From the IMG/VR virus record IMGVR_UViG_3300042892_001926, positions 1-52,688 of that record: a DNA stretch of 52,688 bases, one strand, 5' to 3'. The notes beneath the pieces are model-generated. The model had not been told where the DNA came from. It worked only from the letters and a program-made list of their open reading frames with translations, and searched no databases. The position numbers and the translations under genes are program-made. This DNA comes from a virus. Taxonomy: Duplodnaviria > Caudoviricetes. This document shows, in pieces, positions 16,825-24,910 of this stretch (its first letter is position 1; each line of letters begins with the position of its first letter).

Positions 16825-17759
16825 CCTCGTTTCCAATCAGTAGTAATCCATATTGCCTTGTCACGTCGACGTTGGTCATCTGTTCTATAGTGTCTCCAAC
16901 TAGGCATCTTTATTTTTTCTTTTGTGTACAACTCATCTTTGGTAAATTTTTGGATATGTTCTTTAATGGCCATTTTGTAGTAATTAAAGTTGTCACCGGA
17001 CCATTTTACCTCTGCAGGAGTCGACACAGCATAGTTATTCCAATCGCGGCCAGCACCAAAGTGAAAAAGGTTTTTGTTCAAAATCATTTCTTCTATTTCC
17101 AACAACCACATTAGTTGTTCGCTTTGATAATTCAATGTGTAGTCCAACCACCAGAAAAAATCTTTGACATTTTCCAATTTTCTAGGACATGCGTCGATCA
17201 ATCTAGTGTACATTTCTTGAGAACGACGATCCAGTGTGTTGAGAAACTCAGGAATAGTTTGTTTTAATTTTTCTACAGGCAGTGCTTGATATATGTTTGC
17301 ACCAAACACTGGATCCATCAAGTGTCCAGTTACAACAACTCCGTCTATAAGTGCTTGCCTCAACGGATCGTCGGTGTAAAAACTCATTTGTGATGTGGAT
17401 AATTTTCCTTCAATGAAATTCTTATAGAATTCAGGATATTCCTTAATGGAATTATTATCCATCATAACAACAATTTGCTCATGTGGTGCAATTTTTAACA
17501 ATTCTGACAGCACCAGTGTACTGTCTATGCCGCCACTCCATGTTACCACAAGTTTTTTTGAACCTGCTTTTTGCACTATGTTGGCAGCACTGTTGTGACA
17601 CAGTTCTTCAATGGACTTTGGCTGTACCAGTTGTCCAATTGGTGTTATGCATTCTATTTGAGGAATGTTGATCATTGCCCGTGTACGATCAAACACGTTG
17701 TACATATAATCAGGCGTGGTCATTGTAGGCGTGTAGCCTGCATGGTGATAATATTTCAA
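16806..17759 (-). CDS. ATP-pyrophosphatase (asparagine synthase C-terminal-like, PP-loop) protein
   Basis: WSGGIDST PP-loop, VTG..D; no glutaminase domain. Confidence 0.75.
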   Translation of the reverse strand: MKYYHHAGYTPTMTTPDYMYNVFDRTRAMINIPQIECITPIGQLVQPKSIEELCHNSAANIVQKAGSKKLVVTWSGGIDSTLVLSELLKIAPHEQIVVMMDNNSIKEYPEFYKNFIEGKLSTSQMSFYTDDPLRQALIDGVVVTGHLMDPVFGANIYQALPVEKLKQTIPEFLNTLDRRSQEMYTRLIDACPRKLENVKDFFWWLDYTLNYQSEQLMWLLEIEEMILNKNLFHFGAGRDWNNYAVSTPAEVKWSGDNFNYYKMAIKEHIQKFTKDELYTKEKIKMPSWRHYRTDDQRRRDKAIWITTDWKRGWLPQT

Positions 17760-17959
17760 AAGCTGATACCTATTTTAGCTAGATTGGCTCTTATTACATC
17801 GGGGCTCTGCAAAGCAACTTTTGGTTGCACAGGTTTTTTATAAGCACTCCAATCGGGGTAAATTAAAGTTAAATTATAAGTTGTGGGTGCTTCTGCACCC
17901 ACATGTAGATCGTATTTTTTGTCTTCTAATTCTAACTCAGGCAGTCGGTTGGTTATCAT
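17756..17959 (-). CDS. Hypothetical protein (67 aa)
   Basis: Overlaps both neighbours in the operon. Confidence 0.7.
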   Translation of the reverse strand: MITNRLPELELEDKKYDLHVGAEAPTTYNLTLIYPDWSAYKKPVQPKVALQSPDVIRANLAKIGISF

Positions 17960-18689
17960 TTTTCCTAATCAATCCTATCATTATTGCCCCAAGATCAAAG
18001 TAATGGGGTTTTGTATGCCAGTTCATTAATTTTGGTTTGTTATGGTGTTCTTTATGAATCCATTCACCACCCATAGGAATTAAAAATTCTAATAGCCATA
18101 AATTTCTTGCAGCCGATACTCTACTGTCGTTTTCTTCTAGTTTACCGTGTGCAAAAATTGTATGCATTCCCGCGGTAACAAGATAGGTAGTTGTAGGCAA
18201 TGCAAACAAATAAAAGAACGCATCAAAACTGATCAACAATAACAGTATACCGGTTACAATACTAATAGTCAACGAATGATTGACAAAAAACACATGCATA
18301 TCGTCACGAATCATTCGCAATTCATTTTTAGTTGCTTTGACATTGTCTCTTTCTTTGAATCTAAAAAAATGTCTAATGTCTGCATCATACGGATCATCTT
18401 TGGTATCTGTATACCTGTGGTGAGTCATATGAACAGAACTCCAGTGTACAGGAGCGGAATTCAATGTAGCACAACCTACCAATCCAAAGAACCAATGCCA
18501 AAATCTTGAACAAACAAATGCGTTGTGTGTAAACAGTCTATGATATCCCACTGTCACTGTGAGTGCAATGGTTAGATACATTAAAAATGCAGGTAGCAGC
18601 CACCATGACCATCCAGTAGAGACTGCCCAAAAAAGTGCTGGAAAAAACATCCAGCTTGCGATTGATCGTTGCCAAACTTTAGTTTTCAT
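17937..18689 (-). CDS. Membrane di-iron desaturase family protein
   Basis: HRLFTH, HMTHH, HKEHH His boxes plus TM helices. Confidence 0.85.
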   Translation of the reverse strand: MKTKVWQRSIASWMFFPALFWAVSTGWSWWLLPAFLMYLTIALTVTVGYHRLFTHNAFVCSRFWHWFFGLVGCATLNSAPVHWSSVHMTHHRYTDTKDDPYDADIRHFFRFKERDNVKATKNELRMIRDDMHVFFVNHSLTISIVTGILLLLISFDAFFYLFALPTTTYLVTAGMHTIFAHGKLEENDSRVSAARNLWLLEFLIPMGGEWIHKEHHNKPKLMNWHTKPHYFDLGAIMIGLIRKNDNQPTA

Positions 18690-19191
18690 TTAAGAACCTC
18701 ATTGCGTAACAAGCAGCTGACCCTTCTACTCGAGCTTCTACGTCGCCACTTCTGATGCGAATCTGTGTAGGACCCACAAAAATCTTTCCTTTGATATTCA
18801 ATGAACCTCTCACAAGAAAGATATCACTGCCATTTTCAAGCATTGTAGGAGTATCAGGCTGTATAATAACACTGGCTAGACTTGGTAGCCCTTTTTTGTT
18901 GTAGGCATGTGGAATGCACAACCATTCTGTTTCAACAGGAAAATGCAGTTGCAGGTTTCCCGAAGTTGATGCACTGTCACTTTTGTGTTCAGCGTTGAGC
19001 CAACCCGGTGTTCGATCTGCAAGTTGTTCACCTGTTTCAATCACATTGACCTTGGCAACACCGTGGGTGTAATAATACCAGCCAGTTTTGACTAGACCGT
19101 TTTGTCCAATTGGCACAACTCTGGTATCGCCTGCCTTGGTCTGTGCCAGAATTACAACTTTTCCAAATGCAGCATGTGGTGTGAATTTCAT
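18679..19191 (-). CDS. Hypothetical beta-rich (possibly cupin-like) protein
   Basis: 170 aa, translationally coupled. Confidence 0.7.
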   Translation of the reverse strand: MKFTPHAAFGKVVILAQTKAGDTRVVPIGQNGLVKTGWYYYTHGVAKVNVIETGEQLADRTPGWLNAEHKSDSASTSGNLQLHFPVETEWLCIPHAYNKKGLPSLASVIIQPDTPTMLENGSDIFLVRGSLNIKGKIFVGPTQIRIRSGDVEARVEGSAACYAMRFLNEN

Positions 19192-19673
19192 ATTGTGTTG
19201 TCTGCCATTTCTTGTAAAACTTCTTGAATTAGAATTTTCATTTTGATCTTGTTTTGCTCATCCGGACTGGCTACCTGTTCTGGACTGGATCTTCCCACAT
19301 GTGGCACATGTGGACGTGTGACAAACTGTCCAGGTACTGCTCGAATAGTAGGAGGAACTGATGTAGGCAAAGAAAAGTTTCCTATAGGATTGTGTATTAC
19401 AATAGCTTCTAGTTCTCGAACTTCGTGAGTGGTATCAATCAGTTGCTGAAGGGGGCCTTGGTCCACATTGGTGTTAACCAGTTCGTTGTTCCAGTAATCC
19501 TGAGGTGACGAATTTTTCAGCAAGGATAATATTTCTCGGGTGTTGTTCAATGCAGTTGCAGGAACACCGATGTTTAATTTTATTGTTGTACACTTGCTGT
19601 TAGATGGCACGTATTCAACCAAAAATGTGCCGCTGTCGCTGTAACTTAGAATTTTCATTGTGAAATGAATCAT
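19188..19673 (-). CDS. Hypothetical protein (possible fibre assembly chaperone)
   Basis: 161 aa with AAGGA RBS, directly after the adhesin-like gene. Confidence 0.6.
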   Translation of the reverse strand: MIHFTMKILSYSDSGTFLVEYVPSNSKCTTIKLNIGVPATALNNTREILSLLKNSSPQDYWNNELVNTNVDQGPLQQLIDTTHEVRELEAIVIHNPIGNFSLPTSVPPTIRAVPGQFVTRPHVPHVGRSSPEQVASPDEQNKIKMKILIQEVLQEMADNTI

Positions 19674-19683
19674 TTTTTTCCTT

Positions 19684-20280
19684 TTAACCGTAGAAATTTA
19701 TAGAACAGGTTATTGTACCAGACGAGGGATGACTGGCACTAGGTACTTGCCAATTCCACCTACGTGCTGTTCCTGTTGCTTGAGTGCTTGTTCGTGCTGA
19801 TCGAACACCATTGATTGAGTACCCTGATACAGACACACTGAGAAAAGACAAATCGGAATCCGCAGGAGCCGCAGTTGATCTCAACTGAAGATGCCAGGCA
19901 TTTGTTCCTGTGCTGAAGTACAATGCTTCGATGACCATTGTGCCTGTTGGTGTTAAAAATGTGTCTTGACTGATACTGCCAAATGATCCGCCTTTTTTCT
20001 TCAGGCCGCCAATGCCGTATCCGTAATAAGAACCTTTTCCTTTTTTATACGGAATAGGAGTTGACCCAACGTTGATTGTAAATACCATGGTTTTTCTACC
20101 CCAGGTACTGTAGAAATTCTGAAGGGAAATGGCTCCGCTAACAGGAACAGCATTGTTAACACCAATGCTGGGAGTATATGCACCGCCACGGTACATTTGG
20201 TTGATTGGCGTAGGAGTCGGAACTCCAAATGCATTACGCAGGGTTAAAAAAGATATCGGTCCGGATGATGGTGTAGGCAT
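19684..20280 (-). CDS. Tail-fibre tip/adhesin-like virion protein
   Basis: N-terminus MPTPSSGPISF...YRGG...VP.SGAISL.NFY typical of small fibre-tip proteins; Gly/Ser/Thr-rich; TAAATA promoter at 20305-20310. Confidence 0.6.
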   Translation of the reverse strand: MPTPSSGPISFLTLRNAFGVPTPTPINQMYRGGAYTPSIGVNNAVPVSGAISLQNFYSTWGRKTMVFTINVGSTPIPYKKGKGSYYGYGIGGLKKKGGSFGSISQDTFLTPTGTMVIEALYFSTGTNAWHLQLRSTAAPADSDLSFLSVSVSGYSINGVRSARTSTQATGTARRWNWQVPSASHPSSGTITCSINFYG

Positions 20281-20310
20281 AACAGTCTCTCAATGAATTA
20301 CTGTTATTTA

Positions 20311-20442
20311 GTCTGACACATAGACCTTGGGTTTTGATTATTGATAAATGTCGGACTCCAAGGGGCGTGTAGATCCTCCGACTAGATTCTGCGTCTTTCA
20401 CGGCAGCAACCTGCTATACAGGTTTACCCCCACTAGATGCAG
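20311..20442 (-). ncRNA. Candidate structured non-coding RNA
   Basis: Intergenic, preceded by TAAATA (20444-20449). Helices AACCTG/CAGGTT, CTGC/GCAG, GTCGGA/TCCGAC; pseudoknot pairs CCTTGG/CCAAGG and GGGG/CCCC. Confidence 0.5.
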
Positions 20443-20916
20443 TTATTTAACACTTTCTGCAGGAACTGTTTTGACAAGTTTGCACATCAACATAAAGTGT
20501 TCATAGGCTTTACGAACGCTTTCATGTTCTAGCAATTTGTCTGCTTCTTCTGCCATGGCTTTAACGCCTGCTTCGGCAATTTCTCTAGCACTGGGGATTT
20601 CAATGTAGTAACGATCGTTGTCAAACGCTTTGGCCAATGCTTCCCAAGCCTTCTTTTGCTTTTCAGTAATGGGCTTGTTGTGCGGCCGCATTTCGCTGGC
20701 TTTTACAACTGCCGAACTGATGGCATCTTCTGCTACACGCCCGGCAGCAATCATAGCTGCATAATTTGGATCAATATTAAACCTACGGCTAGACCCACCA
20801 GGGTAGCACATAACCAAGTGAGCACCTTTCGGAAAACTGTCGAGATACTCGCTGTCGTATTCTGCAACTGGGACATACCGTCGTCCTTTTTTCTCATAGT
20901 AAATCTTCTTGGTCAT
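20443..20916 (-). CDS. Conserved phage hypothetical protein
   Basis: MTKKIYYEKKGRRYVPVAEYD..., 157 aa. Confidence 0.75.
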   Translation of the reverse strand: MTKKIYYEKKGRRYVPVAEYDSEYLDSFPKGAHLVMCYPGGSSRRFNIDPNYAAMIAAGRVAEDAISSAVVKASEMRPHNKPITEKQKKAWEALAKAFDNDRYYIEIPSAREIAEAGVKAMAEEADKLLEHESVRKAYEHFMLMCKLVKTVPAESVK

Positions 20917-21208
20917 TTTGTAATCCATTGCTGTGTCGGTCTGTAGATTTTTCAACGTCTTGGAACAGGCGTTTTTCCTGTGCTGTTAACTTGTCTTTGT
21001 GTGTTTTGCGTGGATTACCGCACATAAAACATTTGGGATTGCCACAATCCATTGCGTGACGTTTTGCAAACCTATGTGGTTGCTTAGGTTCTCCAGGATT
21101 GTATTCACTAACTCGATGTTGTTTAGCAATCTTGGTTTGTTTTCGAACAGCATTGTCGTCTTTTTGTCTTCTACGGCTGTTCAAATACTTTGCTAATTCA
21201 TTTGCCAT
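20894..21208 (-). CDS. Basic hypothetical protein with CxxxxCxxC motif
   Basis: DCGNPKCFMCGNPR; AAGGAG RBS. Confidence 0.75.
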   Translation of the reverse strand: MANELAKYLNSRRRQKDDNAVRKQTKIAKQHRVSEYNPGEPKQPHRFAKRHAMDCGNPKCFMCGNPRKTHKDKLTAQEKRLFQDVEKSTDRHSNGLQNDQEDLL

Positions 21209-21227
21209 GTGCTGTCTCCTTGCTACT

Positions 21228-21256
21228 AGTATAACAGTATTTTACCAAATTGTCAA
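21228..21256 (-). promoter_or_regulatory. Sigma70-type promoter
   Basis: TTGACA-N17-TATACT. Confidence 0.75.
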
Positions 21257-21260
21257 GTGA

Positions 21261-22139
21261 TTATACCACTTTTACACTACCGCCGCTGCCAGAATATGTA
21301 ACAGCGCGATCGTATTCGTTTGGAACGACCCATCCACGCCCTACCCCAACAATTGGCATTCCGCCAGATTTGAATCCAACTTCGGTTAAATTGTCGCCTT
21401 GGTTGCCGCCAGCAATCAGCACAGCACCGGTAGCAGGATTGTAGCCTCTAAAAAATCCCACATGTCCGCCACCTGCTCTGCTGAACACAACCACATCGTT
21501 TAGTCTCCATTTTGTTTTGTCATCCAACGGTACTTGTTGTCCATATTTAGAATAAGCCAAACTGCTCAGTGTTTTGAATGCGGCTGCTCCTGAGGCTTTG
21601 AGTAAAGCACCAGTAAAGCCTGCACACCACGGTACACTGTCACTAGTTACATTTGAACCTACTGCTCGATAACAATTGATAATCCTAGGATTAGATCCAG
21701 TTTCTTTCCAAAGACCTTGTTTGGCTTCTGCAAGACAAGCATCAATATTCTTGGCCAGGTCCACGAATATACCACTAGAAGATGTGGATATGACAAATGT
21801 AGAAGTGGTAGAGTCGCCAGGCTGTCCGGCTGCTGCCTGAGCAGTGGTGCTGGTCAACACTAGCGTACCCTCTTGCGGAACTTCGCCGCGGCCTGTTAGC
21901 CCAACTTCTGCTTCCGCTTGGGAAGTGGCCGCAGCACTTGATGTAGTTATAGCCTCTTGTTGTACCAGAGACAAATCAACTTTGTTGAGTTCGGGCATAG
22001 TACCAACTGCACCCGGCTGCGGTGCTAGCCATAAAGCCACAGGAACATGGTTGGCAAATACCGTAGGGCTGTTATACACATCCAGAACTTCTGGTGATCC
22101 TGCGTTGGCCTGTGGGCCGCCTCCTGCTACATATGGCAT
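21261..22139 (-). CDS. CHAP/NlpC-P60-like peptidoglycan hydrolase (TIGR02594-like), probably virion-associated
   Basis: PWCAGF...GHVGF...GGNQ catalytic motifs; TAAATA upstream. Confidence 0.75.
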   Translation of the reverse strand: MPYVAGGGPQANAGSPEVLDVYNSPTVFANHVPVALWLAPQPGAVGTMPELNKVDLSLVQQEAITTSSAAATSQAEAEVGLTGRGEVPQEGTLVLTSTTAQAAAGQPGDSTTSTFVISTSSSGIFVDLAKNIDACLAEAKQGLWKETGSNPRIINCYRAVGSNVTSDSVPWCAGFTGALLKASGAAAFKTLSSLAYSKYGQQVPLDDKTKWRLNDVVVFSRAGGGHVGFFRGYNPATGAVLIAGGNQGDNLTEVGFKSGGMPIVGVGRGWVVPNEYDRAVTYSGSGGSVKVV

Positions 22140-22161
22140 AATCTATTTCCTTTGCACTTAT

Positions 22162-22449
22162 TTAACGAAGTGCAATACCAGTTGTGCCCTGCATATATTG
22201 ATCGCTGGCATCTTTCTTGCTGATTACCATAACAAACACATGTTCGCGTTTCAATGTAAACGATTCTGTGTCGGCTAAAAACAGCCACGGAATCATTCCA
22301 AGACCTTGTGCGCCCATGGTCAACGCAAGGGGTCTATTGATTTTTATGGTGTTGTCGTCTTCACCTTCGTAACGTGCAATGATTTCGTCTCCGTTGACTA
22401 GTTTTAAACTAACAACTGATCCTTGTGTGATCGGCTTACTTAATAACAT
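22162..22449 (-). CDS. Small Sm-like-fold phage protein
   Basis: VSLKLVNGDEII...PW pattern; AAGGA RBS. Confidence 0.6.
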   Translation of the reverse strand: MLLSKPITQGSVVSLKLVNGDEIIARYEGEDDNTIKINRPLALTMGAQGLGMIPWLFLADTESFTLKREHVFVMVISKKDASDQYMQGTTGIALR

Positions 22450-22458
22450 ATTGTTCCT

Positions 22459-22932
22459 TTAAATTATTTCCATCCAAGTATGGTCGCCCATATATTTTAC
22501 TTGAGTTACATACTCATAGTCAACCGGTTTGCCAGTTGCCCATTCAGTTGGTCCGGTAAGCACCAACAGTGTTTTTTGTTTTCTTGTATCCCACACCAAC
22601 CAATACAGATTGCCCATTACCACTTGAAATTGATATTCGGCTGCATGTACTGCATCAGTCACTTCCAATCTGCGTTTAATTTGATCTGCTTGTTGTTGTA
22701 ACACCATTACCAATTCCATAATTCTATCATATTCCTGCTGGGCATACATCCTAGCATGGTTGATCATTATATCTTTTTGTTTGGTTACAGGTATTAATTC
22801 AAATTTAGGTCCACCGGATTCAGTAGCATAAGGAGTAACGTTTTTGTTAAAAAACGGAATTAATTCTCCAGTGCTAGTTGAATCATAGCTGGTTCGTCCC
22901 TTGGCAAGATTGGGTCTTGACTGTTCAGTCAT
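22459..22932 (-). CDS. DUF2452-like protein
   Basis: A.Y.F...G..Y.L...GP.EW...DHTW pattern. Confidence 0.6.
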   Translation of the reverse strand: MTEQSRPNLAKGRTSYDSTSTGELIPFFNKNVTPYATESGGPKFELIPVTKQKDIMINHARMYAQQEYDRIMELVMVLQQQADQIKRRLEVTDAVHAAEYQFQVVMGNLYWLVWDTRKQKTLLVLTGPTEWATGKPVDYEYVTQVKYMGDHTWMEII

Positions 22933-23350
22933 CTCCAATCAATCTTTCCAATGTTTTGTAATGGTCATACGCTTTCTTAAGTGCAGCAAACTTTTCTAAT
23001 TTTTTAGGATCGGGTTCTTGTAGAATTGCAAGTCTATCTTCGATGCCCTGTAACAATTTTCCAAGACTACGGCCTTTCCATTTGATGTCGCCATCAAACT
23101 CGGCATCGCTAGTAACATGTAGACCTGCGTGTGACATGCTTCCTATTCCAACATTGCCAGTATTACTGGTTGTAAAAACATAGGGGCTAGTCGACCATGT
23201 TCCGTTAGCACCAGCTCCTGTGGATATGGTGTAAGGTCCTGATGTTGGCAGAGACCCTGTTGCACCTGTTGTGATAGAGCACTTCAATAGGTCGTCGAGT
23301 TCTTGTGCAGTAAACCCAACGTTTACAGTTGTGTCATCATCATTATCCAT
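22925..23350 (-). CDS. Hypothetical protein
   Basis: Thr/Gly-rich N-terminus, C-terminal IEDRLAIL...ALKKAYDHYK. Confidence 0.7.
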   Translation of the reverse strand: MDNDDDTTVNVGFTAQELDDLLKCSITTGATGSLPTSGPYTISTGAGANGTWSTSPYVFTTSNTGNVGIGSMSHAGLHVTSDAEFDGDIKWKGRSLGKLLQGIEDRLAILQEPDPKKLEKFAALKKAYDHYKTLERLIGDD

Positions 23351-23604
23351 CACAGACCGCCTGCTTCCTGCGCCCACTGTTCTTTTTCAAAGTGGGTTTT
23401 TAGTTCAGTAAAGCCACCAATTAAGGTTTCATTTAAAAAGATTTGCGGAACAGTACGTGCTGTAGGAACTGCTTCCAGCAAGTCTTCTTTGCTGTATCCA
23501 TCCCCAATTTTCTTTTCTTCAAATTCAATACCTCGTTGTTTCAACAATGCCTTTGCTTGGTCGCAATAGGGACAATGATACTTACTCCATACAACTGCTT
23601 TCAT
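23350..23604 (-). CDS. grx: Glutaredoxin
   Basis: CPYC, TVPQIF, IGGF. Confidence 0.95.
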   Translation of the reverse strand: MKAVVWSKYHCPYCDQAKALLKQRGIEFEEKKIGDGYSKEDLLEAVPTARTVPQIFLNETLIGGFTELKTHFEKEQWAQEAGGL

Positions 23605-23615
23605 TTTTATTTTCC

Positions 23616-24716
23616 TTATAGATCTGGTAGTTCTGCATATTCAACTGAATCACTCATGACACCAATAACATAATTGGTGCTTTCATTTTCTTGCAATGCA
23701 GTTTGTTTCTTATTAATGTTCACATGTTTGTTAAACCAAGGAATTGGACTGCTCTTAGGATATTCCCCAGCATACTTGATACCAATTTCTTTCAATCTAT
23801 TATACGCTGTGTAATCCACAAAGTCTTTCAAAATTGTGGCATTAAGTCCAATTACAGGACCCATCTTGAAAAGATAATCTGCCCATTCTTTTTCTTCACG
23901 GATAACTTCCATGTAAAGAGCATATACTTCTTCGGCGCAATCTGTTTCGAGTTTGACAAAATCTGCATCATCTTTGGTCACATTGTTGATCAACCAAGCA
24001 GTCCATTCAGCATGTAAAATCTCATCCTGTAGGATTAGGCTGATGATGTTGCCGTTGCCAATGTAGATCTTGTTTTCTACCATAGCCAGGCTTGTGGCAA
24101 ACGATACCATGAATCGGAATGCTTCCAGTGCATAACTGGCGTGCAGTGCTAACCAGATAGCTTTCTTGTGATCCATAATATCAATATGTTCTCCGAGTTC
24201 TTTGCGACAATTCAATTGATGCAGTGCTTCGTAGTAGCGACCAATGTTAGCAGCCATGCCAACAATTTCTTGTGTGTCGTGAATCTTGTTAAACTCTTCT
24301 TTGGGAACACCATACACATTACGAATAATATGACTGTAAGATTTTGAGTGAATATTTGTTTCAAAGAAACTCCAATTGCTTACCAATGCTTCAAGTTCAG
24401 GAATACTGATAACAGGTTGAAACACTTGGTTAGGAGCACGACCTTGAATACTGTCCAATGCTGTCTGACGCAACAGATTGCTGGTAAAGATATGCTTGAC
24501 TGCGTCACTGGATTCTTTATGATCTATCTTGTCTTTGGTCAGGCTGATCTCTTCTGGTACCCAAAAGAAACCACGTGCCAGTTCCTCATACTTGGCAATT
24601 TTAGGATACTTGACTTCTTCAAATCGCTGTACTGTAACTGGACCTGCTGGATCTAGGAACATGGTTCTTTTTAGATAATTTGTCTGCTTGCTTAGGTTGT
24701 ATTGTTCTTTGCTCAT
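23616..24716 (-). CDS. nrdB: Ribonucleotide reductase class Ia beta subunit
   Basis: FFWVPEE, LDSIQG, ETNIHSKSY, EAFRF, DEILH. Confidence 0.96.
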   Translation of the reverse strand: MSKEQYNLSKQTNYLKRTMFLDPAGPVTVQRFEEVKYPKIAKYEELARGFFWVPEEISLTKDKIDHKESSDAVKHIFTSNLLRQTALDSIQGRAPNQVFQPVISIPELEALVSNWSFFETNIHSKSYSHIIRNVYGVPKEEFNKIHDTQEIVGMAANIGRYYEALHQLNCRKELGEHIDIMDHKKAIWLALHASYALEAFRFMVSFATSLAMVENKIYIGNGNIISLILQDEILHAEWTAWLINNVTKDDADFVKLETDCAEEVYALYMEVIREEKEWADYLFKMGPVIGLNATILKDFVDYTAYNRLKEIGIKYAGEYPKSSPIPWFNKHVNINKKQTALQENESTNYVIGVMSDSVEYAELPDL

Positions 24717-24910
24717 GTTGGGTTCCTTAGATAATCTATATGTGCTGTGGCACGCCAAAGGTCCAAACGAGGAGGATTTCCTTTTTCTGGTTCTTTGTAC
24801 GCAATTCTAATTTCGACATGTTGATCATGCAGTTCTTGCATAATTGAATTAATGGCAATTATGTGTTCGGCAATCTCTTCAATTTTGTCTGCTACTACCG
24901 CGTCTGTCAT
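24713..24910 (-). CDS. Hypothetical protein between nrdA and nrdB
   Basis: 65 aa, overlaps both genes. Confidence 0.7.
   Translation of the reverse strand: MTDAVVADKIEEIAEHIIAINSIMQELHDQHVEIRIAYKEPEKGNPPRLDLWRATAHIDYLRNPT

Noticed and set aside
17756-17959. Lasso-peptide/RiPP precursor beside an asparagine-synthase-like cyclase
   Set aside because: No recognisable leader/core pattern, and no B1/B2 (RRE/protease) genes seen.
20329-20350. Fur box upstream of the adhesin operon
   Set aside because: Only about 11/19 match to consensus by eye, in AT-rich sequence.
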